A DNA stretch of 64,000 nt. Origin: an uncultured Gammaproteobacteria bacterium (GTDB taxonomy: Bacteria > Patescibacteriota > Microgenomatia > PFEM01 > JAHIFH01). Positions 9,424-19,200 of the stretch are shown here, piece by piece. The stretch is taken from positions 5,794-69,793 of the forward strand of contig CAZZHA010000001.1 of NCBI GenBank assembly GCA_964653685.1, written 5' to 3'. The translations under genes were made by a program, and so were the position numbers. Position 1 is the stretch's first letter; the number at the start of each line of letters is the position of its first letter. The notes under the pieces were generated by a model. It worked only from the letters and a program-made list of their open reading frames with translations. It was not told the DNA's origin and searched no databases.

Positions 9424-11067
9424 TTATTCTGGAATTTTAATGTCTTTGATTTTTAATTCCAACCGCTGAAGGCCATTCCATTGATTGAGAAAAAGATTAT
9501 AGGCAAGGTCAACTGGTTGTTTGGTTGAAAGCTGAGGTAATAATTCTCCTTGACCAAAAGCAATTACCTCAAAACCATTAACTCTAAATTTAAGATGTTG
9601 ATTATCAGCCCCAACTTTTTTAAGGTTAGCAATTCTTACTTGCCGACTGGAAAAGACCGGTTGAGGATTATTCATCCCAAAAGGGGCAAATTTATTAACT
9701 TCTTGATAAAGAGCTAAGTTTAAATCAATTAACTCAACCTCTATCTCAATTTCTATTCTCGGTCCTAATTTTTTCTTGCCTAAATCTTTTTCCGCCTTTT
9801 TTATTAATCTCTGTTTAGCTTCTTCTAATTTCTCCTGACTGACATCAAAACCAGCCGCCAAACGATGACCGCCATGATCACCAATAATATCTTTCAATTC
9901 CCGAATGGCTTCAATAATATTAAACTCTTCAATTGACCGGCCCGAACCTACCCACCGATCTTTTCTAGGCGCTAAAATAATGGCTGGTCGATAAAATTCG
10001 TCTTTTAATTTACTTGCCACCAAACCAACAACACCATGCTCATAAGACTGATGATAAATAAAAATTAAAGAACTCTCACCATCTTCTTTTAACCAAAGTT
10101 CTCGAGCGTGAAGAGTAGTTTGTTTCATTAATTCCTGACGCTCACGGTTTTTCTGATCAATTTTCTGGGCTAAACTGATAGCTCGATTTTCATCATTAGT
10201 ACAAATTAAGCGAAGAGCTTCCATCGGATCATCCATCCTGCCGCTGGCATTGATTCTTGGACCAATAATAAAACCGACTTCATAGGTATCAATCTTTTTT
10301 TTATCAAGACCAGCGAATTGATAAAGAGCTAACAAACCAGCTCGCTTAGTTTTGTTAACCTGACTCAATCCGAATTTAACAATCGAGCGGTTAGGACCAA
10401 TCAAGGGGACCATATCGGTTATTGTTCCAATGGTAACTAAATCTAAACCAAGGGGTTTGGCTTTAGATTTAATTTTTTCAACCAGCCACTTAGCCAAAAA
10501 CCAGGCTACACCACAACCAGCTAATTGGGTGGTGTGGATAATGGCTTTTGCCTTAGGTTTCTTTTTTCCAGGCTGATGGTGATCAGTAATAATCACATCA
10601 ATCCCTGTTTTTTTTGCCCGAGTTACTTGACGATAAGCAACGATCCCTTGGTCAACCGTAATAATCAATTTCACTCCCTCTTTAGCCATTTGATTAATGA
10701 TACTAGCTTTCAGACCATAGCCTTCTTCTCTGCGGGGGATAAAGGGCAGGACATCTAAACCTAATTTATTGAGGGTTTCCCACATGATGGCGGTCGCGCA
10801 AACACCATCGGTATCATAATCACCGTAAACAATCACTTTCTCTTTTTTCTTAATTGCCTGCCTAATTCTCTTAAGCGCTTTATTTAATTGAACCAAGGAA
10901 ATACCAACATCTTGAGGTGTCAATTGGTAGGGATCTTTGGGATTAAGAAATTCTTTTTGTTGTTTTTTTGTTTTCAAATTACGGTTCTTAAAAAGAGCTT
11001 TAACTATTTCTTCTCTTCTTTCTTGGAGTTTGGTAGATTTGATTCTTGCTAAAACTTTCCACCTCAT
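9424..11067 (-). CDS. recJ: single-stranded-DNA-specific exonuclease RecJ
   Basis: DHH motifs (GDYDTDGV, ITDHH) and DHHA1-like C-terminal region. Confidence 0.8.
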   Translation of the reverse strand: MRWKVLARIKSTKLQERREEIVKALFKNRNLKTKKQQKEFLNPKDPYQLTPQDVGISLVQLNKALKRIRQAIKKKEKVIVYGDYDTDGVCATAIMWETLNKLGLDVLPFIPRREEGYGLKASIINQMAKEGVKLIITVDQGIVAYRQVTRAKKTGIDVIITDHHQPGKKKPKAKAIIHTTQLAGCGVAWFLAKWLVEKIKSKAKPLGLDLVTIGTITDMVPLIGPNRSIVKFGLSQVNKTKRAGLLALYQFAGLDKKKIDTYEVGFIIGPRINASGRMDDPMEALRLICTNDENRAISLAQKIDQKNRERQELMKQTTLHARELWLKEDGESSLIFIYHQSYEHGVVGLVASKLKDEFYRPAIILAPRKDRWVGSGRSIEEFNIIEAIRELKDIIGDHGGHRLAAGFDVSQEKLEEAKQRLIKKAEKDLGKKKLGPRIEIEIEVELIDLNLALYQEVNKFAPFGMNNPQPVFSSRQVRIANLKKVGADNQHLKFRVNGFEVIAFGQGELLPQLSTKQPVDLAYNLFLNQWNGLQRLELKIKDIKIPE

Positions 11068-11090
11068 TGTGCTATCATAATAACATAGAA

Positions 11091-12500
11091 ATGAGCCAAA
11101 AACTCCCAGAAAAATTTAGTAAAAAAATTCCTAAAGAAATTTTAAATGTCTTTAAAAAATTTACAGACCAAGGTCATGAAATCTATTTGGTCGGGGCTGG
11201 CGTGAGAAGCCTACTTCAAAATAAAGTCCCAATTGACTGTGATTTCACAACCAAGGCTACCCCTAAAATCATTCAGGCTTTATTCGATGACTCTTTTTAC
11301 GATAATGCTTTTGGCACGGTTGGAATTCCTTTTAAAACAAAAAGAGGTGAAGAAGTTTATGAAATTACCACTTACCGAAAAGAATGGGGTTATTCTGATA
11401 AAAGAAGACCAGATGAAGTCAAGTGGGGTAAAAAATTAGAAGAAGACTTAGAAAGAAGAGATTTTACTTTTAATGCCATTGTCATTGGACCAATCTTAAA
11501 AAATGGCCAGTGGGATCAAAAATCTTTAGAGATGATTGACCTTTTTGACGGTCAAAAAGACTTTAAAAATAAAATTGTCAAGGCCGTAGGTAACCCGAAT
11601 AAAAGGTTTTCTGAAGACGCTCTAAGAATGATGAGGGCGATCCGTTTTGCTGCTCAACAAGGTTTTACCATTGAGAAAAAGACTTTTCAAGCGATCAAGA
11701 AAAACAATCAGCTAATCGATCAAATCAGTCAGGAAAGAGTTAGAGATGAACTGTTTAAGATTCTTACCAGCAATTATGCGGCTGATGGTTATTTAATCCT
11801 AAGAAACTCTGGCTTAGCCGAAAGAATTCTGCCTGAAGTCGAAAAAATGTTTGGGGTTAAACAAAAAAGCCCGGGTCGGCATCATATTGATGATGTTGGT
11901 ACCCATGCTATCAAATCTCTTAAGGCCAGTAAATCCAGAGACCCAGTTGTTAACCTGGCAATTCTTATTCATGATGTTGGCAAGCCATTAGTAGCTGACA
12001 AAGATAAAAAAGGAACTATTACTTTCTACAATCATGAAATGGTTGGCACTCATTTAGCCCGAAACATTGCCCGAAGACTAAGATTTTCTAAAAAGAATGA
12101 AAATAGGTTGATTACCCTAGTCCGTTGGCACCAATTTAGTGTTGATGAAAGACAAACCGATAAAGCGATCAGGCGTTTTATCAGGAATGTTGGCAAGGAA
12201 AATTTAACCGATATGCTTGAATTAAGACGAGCAGATCGAGTTGGCGGTGGCGCCAGAGAAACCTCTTGGCGCTTTGAAAGATTTAAGAAAAAATTAGTTG
12301 TGGTCCAAAAACAACCTTTCTCCATTACTGATCTCAAGGTCAATGGTCAAGACGTTATGAAAATTCTGGGAATTCGTCCTGGACCAGTTGTGGGCAGGAT
12401 TTTAAACCAATTATTTGAAGAGGTTGAAGAGGATAAAAGTAAAAACAAGCGAACTTATCTTCTCAAAAGAATCAAACAGCTTGGAAAAAAACTAGTTTGA
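11091..12500 (+). CDS. cca: CCA-adding tRNA nucleotidyltransferase with HD domain (start trimmed to MSQKL; ORF-track start 11046 overlaps recJ)
   Basis: PolyA-pol head domain GAGVRSLL...DCDFTT; HD domain motif (HDVGK). Confidence 0.7.
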   Translation: MSQKLPEKFSKKIPKEILNVFKKFTDQGHEIYLVGAGVRSLLQNKVPIDCDFTTKATPKIIQALFDDSFYDNAFGTVGIPFKTKRGEEVYEITTYRKEWGYSDKRRPDEVKWGKKLEEDLERRDFTFNAIVIGPILKNGQWDQKSLEMIDLFDGQKDFKNKIVKAVGNPNKRFSEDALRMMRAIRFAAQQGFTIEKKTFQAIKKNNQLIDQISQERVRDELFKILTSNYAADGYLILRNSGLAERILPEVEKMFGVKQKSPGRHHIDDVGTHAIKSLKASKSRDPVVNLAILIHDVGKPLVADKDKKGTITFYNHEMVGTHLARNIARRLRFSKKNENRLITLVRWHQFSVDERQTDKAIRRFIRNVGKENLTDMLELRRADRVGGGARETSWRFERFKKKLVVVQKQPFSITDLKVNGQDVMKILGIRPGPVVGRILNQLFEEVEEDKSKNKRTYLLKRIKQLGKKLV

Positions 12501-12511
12501 ACAACTCCAAA

Positions 12512-12826
12512 ATGCTCCCAACGAAAAAATTTATTAAAAAAACTGAAGATTTTATCTGTGATGTTTGTGGCTTTAAAATAAAAGGCACTGGTTACACTGA
12601 TCATTGTCCTAATTGTCTTTTCAGTAAACATGTTGATTTTAATCCTGGAGACAGGCAAGCAACTTGCCATGGTTTAATGAAACCAATTGGTATGACTCAA
12701 AAAAAAGGTAAACAGCAAATTCTCTATCGCTGTCAAAAGTGTGGTTATCAAAGGTTCAATAAGGTCTCACTAGAAGATAATCAAGAAAAGCTTCTTGAAA
12801 TTTCCTCGTTCCCTATTAAAGAATAA
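12512..12826 (+). CDS. RNHCP-domain zinc-ribbon protein
   Basis: CDVCG..., HCPNC, CQKCG motifs plus GDR, matching the RNHCP domain pattern. ORF-track start is a TTG; first ATG at 12512. Confidence 0.45.
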   Translation: MLPTKKFIKKTEDFICDVCGFKIKGTGYTDHCPNCLFSKHVDFNPGDRQATCHGLMKPIGMTQKKGKQQILYRCQKCGYQRFNKVSLEDNQEKLLEISSFPIKE

Positions 12827-12828
12827 AT

Positions 12829-13701
12829 TCACTTTCTTTTGGCAAATTTTTCCCAAATAATTAATAGTGGTGCGGCCGTAAAAGTGGAAGAATAAGTTCC
12901 AGAAATGGTGCCAATCAATAGAGCCGCCACAAACCACCTGATCGTCGTCCCGCCTAGCAAGAGCAAAGCAATTAACATAAAAATAATGGTCATCGAGTTA
13001 TTGACTGATCGACTCAGAGTTTCGGTCACTGCCTTATTAATTATTTCTCTAAAAGGCGTTCTTGGTAATAATTTTTGTGATTCTCTAATTCGATCATAAA
13101 CAACAATCGTATCGTGAACCGAAAAAGAAAGAATGGTTAACATGGCCGTCACAAATAAGGTGTCTATCTCAACTCCCAAGAAATGGCCTAATAAAGAAAA
13201 ACTGCCAAGGAGAATAAAAGTATCGTGGAACATCGCTAAAATGGCACAGACGCCAAATTTAAGATCCTTAAACCGCCAAGCCACATAAGTAAGAATAAAA
13301 CCAGCCGCTAAAATGATGGCCCAAATTGTTTTCCTAACTAATTCTTTGCCTAAAGTCGGTCCAACCGTTTCAAAGCGAATCTCTTCTGATTCTTGATTAA
13401 ATTTTTCATTGATAGCTGATTGAATTTCCTCGGCTTGGTTTTTTTCAATTGGCTGGAGACGGATTAAAATTTGATTTTCACCTGATTTTTGAACCGCCGA
13501 AACCTCAAAGTTCCTCTCAATCAGTAATTGATCAACCTCTTTAGGGTTTAATTCTTGCTGGGTCTTCAACTCCAATAAACTACCACCCGTAAAGTCAATC
13601 GCTGGTTTTAAGCCAAACAAAAACAGAGAAACAATCCCTGGGACTAAAATCAAGGCCGATAAGGCAAAGTAGAGCCATTTATATTTCATCCAATCAATCA
13701 T
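12829..13701 (-). CDS. secF: protein translocase subunit SecF
   Basis: SecF signature AIDFTGGS; 6 TM; 4-nt overlap with secD. Confidence 0.85.
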   Translation of the reverse strand: MIDWMKYKWLYFALSALILVPGIVSLFLFGLKPAIDFTGGSLLELKTQQELNPKEVDQLLIERNFEVSAVQKSGENQILIRLQPIEKNQAEEIQSAINEKFNQESEEIRFETVGPTLGKELVRKTIWAIILAAGFILTYVAWRFKDLKFGVCAILAMFHDTFILLGSFSLLGHFLGVEIDTLFVTAMLTILSFSVHDTIVVYDRIRESQKLLPRTPFREIINKAVTETLSRSVNNSMTIIFMLIALLLLGGTTIRWFVAALLIGTISGTYSSTFTAAPLLIIWEKFAKRK

Positions 13702-15044
13702 TGTGTCTCCTTCCCGGAAAAGGTCCTTAAAATTGTTCGGGTAACCACCACTCCGGTAAACAAACTTAATAAAACTCCCAGACCTAGAGTTAAAGCAAAA
13801 CCACGCACCATGCCCGAGGTATTAAGGAAAGACCAACTAAAAGGATTAAAAAGAATAAAGCAGGTGATTAAGGTAGCCACATTGGCATCCCGAATCGAAT
13901 CCCAAGCCCGGCCAAAACCTAATTCCATGGCCAATGATTTTGATTTACCGGTTCTAATCTCCTCTTTCATTCTCTCAAAAACCAAGATATTGGCATCAAC
14001 CGCCATCCCCACAGAAAGAATGAAACCCGCAATTCCTGGTAAAGTCAAAGTCACGGGAATTAATTTGTAAAACATTAAGGTAATCAAACCATAAATAATC
14101 AAACCAACATTAGCTAAGATGCCTAAGCGGCCATAATAGGCCGCCATAAACAAAATTACCATCAACAAGCCAATTAAGCCTGCCTGAACGCTCTTTTTGA
14201 CTGACTCGGCGCCCAAAGTTGCCCCGACATTTCTCTGCTCAACAATTTTAATGGGGATCGGTAAAGCCCCGGCGTTAAGTTGAGTTGCCAGTAATTTTGC
14301 CTCTTCAGTGGTAAATTCACCACTAATCACCGCTTTACCAGTGGTAATTTTTTCTCTGACCAAGGGAATGGTTACCGGGACCTCATCAAGAAAAATGGCC
14401 ACGGGTTTCCCCACATTCCTACTGGTTATCTCTCCGAACTTTCTTGCTCCCTCATCGCTAAACTCCAAACCAACCACGGGTTCACCCGTATTAGGATCAA
14501 ATTGAACTTGACTTTTATTCAAATCTGCTCCGGTTAAATCTGTTTCTTGATAATCATCAAGGGTAGCCGCGGCCGTGGCTTCAGGACTTAAATCCCGAAA
14601 ATCAAGTTGAGCTGTCTGGCCGATTAAATCAACGGCTTGGTTAACATCAGTCACCCCAGGTAGTTCAACAATTAAACGATAGTTATCCCCTAATTTTGAA
14701 GTCTGAACTAAAGCTTCAGCCAAGCCAAACAAATTAATTCTTCTTTCAATATTCTCTCTAGCCGCCGCCAAAGCGGTCTCTCGATTATCTTCGCCAATAT
14801 CACTCATCTCCGCTTGAAAAACTAAATGGCTACCACCAGCTAAATCAATTCCTTGTTTAATTTCTAAATCACGGAAAAATTTAAATTTACCAATCTGAAA
14901 ATTTAGGATTGGTCTGGTAAGTTCTTGATCTATTTTAAAACCATTAAAATTAAACTTTAAGGGAATTCTCGTGGGTAAATCAATAAAAATCGCTATCACG
15001 GTCAGCAGAATAATCAACCAGAGCAGATAACGGCGATCTTTCAT
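13698..15044 (-). CDS. secD: protein translocase subunit SecD
   Basis: SecD motifs LGLDLAGGSHLVFQA; C-terminal 6 TM. Confidence 0.85.
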   Translation of the reverse strand: MKDRRYLLWLIILLTVIAIFIDLPTRIPLKFNFNGFKIDQELTRPILNFQIGKFKFFRDLEIKQGIDLAGGSHLVFQAEMSDIGEDNRETALAAARENIERRINLFGLAEALVQTSKLGDNYRLIVELPGVTDVNQAVDLIGQTAQLDFRDLSPEATAAATLDDYQETDLTGADLNKSQVQFDPNTGEPVVGLEFSDEGARKFGEITSRNVGKPVAIFLDEVPVTIPLVREKITTGKAVISGEFTTEEAKLLATQLNAGALPIPIKIVEQRNVGATLGAESVKKSVQAGLIGLLMVILFMAAYYGRLGILANVGLIIYGLITLMFYKLIPVTLTLPGIAGFILSVGMAVDANILVFERMKEEIRTGKSKSLAMELGFGRAWDSIRDANVATLITCFILFNPFSWSFLNTSGMVRGFALTLGLGVLLSLFTGVVVTRTILRTFSGKETQ

Positions 15045-15244
15045 TTCTTAACTCTTCTCCTCTTAGTCAAAGAAACTAAAGGTAGTTGGCGAGTGCCACT
15101 AAAAGAATAAGTAACCTTGCCGGTTTCTGGTTCAACTTTAACCTGAACCGTCTGGCCAGCTTTAACCCCCACATTTCTAACAAAATCTGAGGGAATGGTC
15201 ACTGCCAAACTGTTACCGGTTTTAATAATTTTTTGTTTTCCCAC
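15041..15244 (-). CDS. AbrB/MazE (SpoVT-AbrB swapped-hairpin) domain protein
   Basis: KTGNSLAVTIPSDF motif typical of the AbrB/MazE fold; start/stop overlaps couple it to both neighbours. Confidence 0.5.
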   Translation of the reverse strand: MGKQKIIKTGNSLAVTIPSDFVRNVGVKAGQTVQVKVEPETGKVTYSFSGTRQLPLVSLTKRRRVKK

Positions 15245-15834
15245 TATTCTTCTCCGTATTTGGCCACTAAGTTTTCTTGGTCACCAATAATCATCACTCT
15301 TGAACCCAAAAGGATACTCTGTAGAAAGGGGTCTCGCCTTTTCTTGCGAAAATTAAATTCATCTTTAGTCATCACCGTGTAATTAATTTCTCTGTTTAAT
15401 TTCGCTTCTTCAACTCGAACTAATTTAACCAAAGTCTGCATATCAATTTCACCGACAATTAAGAGATCAACCCCACCTTCTTCGATAGGCAAACGACGGG
15501 CAAAACGACCGGAGAACATCACTAATTTAATTCTGCCCAACTTTGATTTATTCTTGATTATTTCTTTGCCTAAACCAGTGGTTTTGTTAACCATCGTTAG
15601 CAACTCCTCATAAAGAGGATATTCGCGGTTAAAAAAGTAATAAAGGCGGTTACCCCGAGATTCTTTCTTGGCCATACCGGCTTTTTCCATCCGGGCTAAT
15701 TCTCGCCGCACGGCATTAATCTCTTCATTAATCTTTCTCACTAATTGGCGGACGTAGAAAATCTCATCAGGCTGATAAAGAAAGGTCTGAAGAAGTTTGA
15801 CCCGGACTTTGGAAACCATTAAATCTTTAAGCAT
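15244..15834 (-). CDS. winged-HTH + minimal nucleotidyltransferase (MNT-like) fusion protein
   Basis: N-terminal wHTH-like region. C-terminal FSGRFARRLPIEEGGVDLLIVGEID matches the GS...Dh[DE]h nucleotidyltransferase motif. Confidence 0.4.
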   Translation of the reverse strand: MLKDLMVSKVRVKLLQTFLYQPDEIFYVRQLVRKINEEINAVRRELARMEKAGMAKKESRGNRLYYFFNREYPLYEELLTMVNKTTGLGKEIIKNKSKLGRIKLVMFSGRFARRLPIEEGGVDLLIVGEIDMQTLVKLVRVEEAKLNREINYTVMTKDEFNFRKKRRDPFLQSILLGSRVMIIGDQENLVAKYGEE

Positions 15835-15854
15835 GGTGCCTCCGGGCAGGTTTT

Positions 15855-17015
15855 TTAATAACTAACTTCGTTGCCAACTGGAAGAGTCTCAATCCAGATA
15901 GGACCACGATTGAATTTAATCTCTTCTCCTCGAGTATCTTTGAAAATCGTCCTTGCCTGGCGATTGGCTTTGTTCCAGGTCGCTTGGATGACCTGCCCAT
16001 CTTGAAAAACCAAGGCCTTGCCTGTACCAATGGTCGTATAGAGTAAATGCTTCAACTCATCAATCGGGCCTTTTTCAATCATAAACTGAACAACGACCAC
16101 TTTAGCGATTAACTGCTTATCATAATCCAAATCCTTATGTTCCTGACCGCCGTTAAAACGAAGATATTGATTATTCCCTTGATCATATTGCCAATTGACT
16201 CCATACTCTTGCTGACCACCCCAAAAACTAAACTCAATCTTATTAACATCGCCTTTATCCTGAGCGTCGTCTTTAAATTCCCAAGACTGCCAGTCCTTGT
16301 CCCATTGATTACCTTCATCATCTTTAGCATCAAGACCTCGATCATGAGCGATCGCATAAAGTTTGTCAGCGGTGGAATACATTGTGTGTTCGGTGGCCAC
16401 CGGTCGTCCTAGACGTTCATAATCACGCCAAAAAGTAGGAAAACCAAGAGAAAATTGATTCATGTCATTACCCTTAGCTAGCCAACCATAATCACCAATT
16501 TGGCCTAAAGCATTGGCCAGACCTGGTTTGTTAGCCCCACCAACATGAACATAAAGAGGATAGTCACCATATTCTGAAGCAAAATCCATAAAGTAAGTCC
16601 GAGCTGAACGAACTGGTCCAATGATAAAATCTTCAGCCACTGCCCCGCAATAGTAAACGGCTAAGAAGCGGGTAATCCCTCCCTCGGCTACGGCTTCGTA
16701 AACAACATCAGCTTTAGAAAGACCAGATTGAGGCCGAGAATCAGCATGATTCTCAATCATCACCGTTAAAGGTCGTCGACCTTCCCAAATTCCCTTTTCT
16801 CCTTTAGTGAATAGCTGACCATTAAGAGGACAAGCTTCTGTCTTGGGCGCGGTTAAGTCAACCCTTGATCTGGCTTCATCGACAGCCAAAGGTGAAATCA
16901 TACTAGGAGCAGGGCTGACAATAAAACGAAAGGCAGCGTAAGAAACTCCTGTTGAAGCTAAATATAAAAGAAGGCCACCAATGATTATTGTTAATTTCTT
17001 TTTATTTAAGCTCAT
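15855..17015 (-). CDS. secreted DUF3048-family protein
   Basis: Signal peptide; AEGGITRFLAVYY motif recalled from DUF3048 lipoproteins. Confidence 0.45.
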   Translation of the reverse strand: MSLNKKKLTIIIGGLLLYLASTGVSYAAFRFIVSPAPSMISPLAVDEARSRVDLTAPKTEACPLNGQLFTKGEKGIWEGRRPLTVMIENHADSRPQSGLSKADVVYEAVAEGGITRFLAVYYCGAVAEDFIIGPVRSARTYFMDFASEYGDYPLYVHVGGANKPGLANALGQIGDYGWLAKGNDMNQFSLGFPTFWRDYERLGRPVATEHTMYSTADKLYAIAHDRGLDAKDDEGNQWDKDWQSWEFKDDAQDKGDVNKIEFSFWGGQQEYGVNWQYDQGNNQYLRFNGGQEHKDLDYDKQLIAKVVVVQFMIEKGPIDELKHLLYTTIGTGKALVFQDGQVIQATWNKANRQARTIFKDTRGEEIKFNRGPIWIETLPVGNEVSY

Positions 17016-17485
17016 CTTATTCTCTTGGCTTTTTTAATTGCTTGTTTTTCCTCGGCCGATAAGTCATAACCAGCTGCCTTACTCTTTTTAACTGGCTTGG
17101 CATAAATTCTGGTAGTATCCCGACTGTGCAAACTTGAAATAACCAAGCCATTACCTCGGCCATCTAATAATGATAAACAAAAACTTTGGTCTCCGCCAGT
17201 CTCTGCAAAAGGATTATAGCGTACTAAACCAACTTTTTGAATATTATACAAGTTATTCTTTTCCAATTCTTCTGCCATTTTAACTAGTTTATCAATTTCT
17301 TTGGTTTGTTTGTCGAAATCTTTAAGTAATTTCTCTAAAACGCTCTTCAAATCTTTTTTAGTGATTCCTTTAGTCAACTTCCATAAAGGCGATAAAAACT
17401 TGTAAAAAAGAAAACTCAAGGCAATCAGCCAAACAAAAATGATACCTATTAAAACAATAAGGAGTTGATCAAAATTGAGTAACAT
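17012..17485 (-). CDS. DUF4446-like membrane-anchored protein
   Basis: N-terminal TM, coiled coil, C-terminal RYNPFAETGGDQSF...AKP region. Confidence 0.4.
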   Translation of the reverse strand: MLLNFDQLLIVLIGIIFVWLIALSFLFYKFLSPLWKLTKGITKKDLKSVLEKLLKDFDKQTKEIDKLVKMAEELEKNNLYNIQKVGLVRYNPFAETGGDQSFCLSLLDGRGNGLVISSLHSRDTTRIYAKPVKKSKAAGYDLSAEEKQAIKKAKRIR

Positions 17486-17541
17486 TCTTACCTTATCAAC
17501 TTGATTTTAAACAGGTTCAATGTTATTGTCAATCTAAGAAA

Positions 17542-17832
17542 ATGGCCAAAAAACGGAAAACCAGACAAGAAAAGATTATTCTCCAGTTAAAAAGAGAGCT
17601 AGCAAAAAAAAGTCAAGTCCCAGCTTCAAAAAACACAGAACCCGAACCTAGTCAAGAGGCAATTTCTCAACCCAAAAAAATCAAGGTTGAAAAAAAGCTT
17701 TCCCTGAAAAAGACCGATATTTCTATCCTTTCTTCTGAACCAAGCCTAATCAGGCACGACCTAGTTAAAACCCTGATTTTAAGCTTGGCTGTTATTAGCC
17801 TTGAATTCGTGTTATACTTAGCCTTAAGGTAG
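17542..17832 (+). CDS. hypothetical Lys-rich protein with C-terminal TM
   Basis: ORF only; no family recognised. Confidence 0.3.
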   Translation: MAKKRKTRQEKIILQLKRELAKKSQVPASKNTEPEPSQEAISQPKKIKVEKKLSLKKTDISILSSEPSLIRHDLVKTLILSLAVISLEFVLYLALR

Positions 17833-17901
17833 GCTTGAAAATTTCTCCTGCCCGAAAATAAAAAAATATTTAACTTAATTGAGAGGAGGTGAAAAGAATC
17901 T

Positions 17902-18042
17902 ATGGCAGACTTTTATTGTGTGAAGTGTCGCGCTAAAAGAAATGGCAAAGACGTTCAGAAAGTGACGATGAAGAACGGCAAACCAGCCCGAAAGGCAGTT
18001 TGTGAGGTATGCGGCACAACTATGTTCAGAATTGGAGGCTAA
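17902..18042 (+). CDS. DUF5679-like small zinc-ribbon protein (46 aa)
   Basis: Hand-found ORF below the track cutoff: MADFYCVKCRAKRNGKDVQKVTMKNGKPARKAVCEVCGTTMFRIGG. Strong SD GAGAGGAGGTG 8 nt upstream; two CxxC pairs. Confidence 0.6.
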   Translation: MADFYCVKCRAKRNGKDVQKVTMKNGKPARKAVCEVCGTTMFRIGG

Positions 18043-18070
18043 GCCTTCTCTCTGAAAAGTTGTAACTTTT

Positions 18071-18103
18071 AAAACCCAGCTCCTCTTGGGGTTGGGTTTT
18101 TTA
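18071..18103 (+). terminator. intrinsic terminator after the DUF5679 gene
   Basis: CCCAGC-loop-GUUGGG hairpin followed by UUUUUU. Confidence 0.5.
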
Positions 18104-18204
18104 GTTAAAAATTTTTTCTTGTTCTCTATAAACAATTCTGTTATGTTGTTTTAATAGCAGAAAATATTGAACCCGTTGGTCTTAACAATCTCAAGGGTTG
18201 TCCC

Positions 18205-18624
18205 CTAATCTTTCTGAAGTTTAGTTAATTCTTTCCTTAGTCTTGTCATTTCCTTGGCTAAATTTTTTTGGACTTGTTTAATTTCCGTTAATTGTCTATC
18301 AGCTTTCTCATTAAGTTTAATATCATGTTCTATTCTCTTTCTGTCCCGTTTTCTTTGTCTAGTTTCTTGCAAATCTCTTTTCATTTCCGCTTTATTAGCG
18401 GACATTAAAAGAAAGATGCCAATGAAAATTGCTTCCAAAGAAACACTAAAAGTTAATAGATTAACATCAAAATTAAGAATCAACCAAAGACTGAACCAAA
18501 GAGTATGAAAGATAACGGCCCACCAACTACCCAAAAACCAAGAAACAAAATCAGTAAATTTTTCCATTAAACTTTTAGTTTTTTTGGGAATTTTAGTAGT
18601 TTTAATTAAAGGTTCAACCGGCAT
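18205..18624 (-). CDS. DUF1003-like small membrane protein
   Basis: Two TM helices (SWWAVIFHTLWFSLWLIL) then charged coiled-coil tail. Confidence 0.35.
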   Translation of the reverse strand: MPVEPLIKTTKIPKKTKSLMEKFTDFVSWFLGSWWAVIFHTLWFSLWLILNFDVNLLTFSVSLEAIFIGIFLLMSANKAEMKRDLQETRQRKRDRKRIEHDIKLNEKADRQLTEIKQVQKNLAKEMTRLRKELTKLQKD

Positions 18625-18672
18625 GAGTCTACCCTATTATACTAAAGAAAAAAATAAGTGAATTCAACTTTT

Positions 18673-19200
18673 CTAACTAAGCTTACTAAGAACAAGTTCG
18701 ACTTCTTCTTCAGGTGTCATTTTGTCTGTTTCGACAATTAGATGAAAATAGTTTTTATCGAACTGATCTTTAATTTGGTAAAGCCGTTGGTGTTTTTCGA
18801 TGGTCGTTTTGTCACGAAAAATAACTTTTTCTCTTGCTTCTTTAAGAGAAACTTTTTCTCTTTGGGCAAATCTTTTAATCCGAACTTCTAAAGGAGCGAC
18901 ATAAAGAACCCGGAAAACATGAGGCATTTCTCTAGTCAACCAACCAGCTAACCAACCCTCATAAACAATCTTTTCTTCTTTTTCCATCATTTCTTTGGCT
19001 TTTTCATCAACTTCTTTATCAATCTCTTCAGGCACATCTTGGTAGCGTTCAATTGGCCAACCTTTTTCCTGACAGTACTGGCGAAAAATTTCTCCGGCCG
19101 TATGAAACCGCCAATCAAGTTTTTTAGCCAATTCCCAAGCTAAAGTAGTTGAACCCGAAGCAATGATTTTGCCAGTCACGGCAATGTTTTTATATTTCAT
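18673..19200 (-). CDS. cytidylate kinase family-2 (archaeal-type CMP kinase)-like protein with degenerate P-loop
   Basis: EGWLAGW and APLEVRIKRFAQRE blocks resemble archaeal-type Cmk; Walker A reads GKIASGST. Confidence 0.45.
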   Translation of the reverse strand: MKYKNIAVTGKIIASGSTTLAWELAKKLDWRFHTAGEIFRQYCQEKGWPIERYQDVPEEIDKEVDEKAKEMMEKEEKIVYEGWLAGWLTREMPHVFRVLYVAPLEVRIKRFAQREKVSLKEAREKVIFRDKTTIEKHQRLYQIKDQFDKNYFHLIVETDKMTPEEEVELVLSKLS

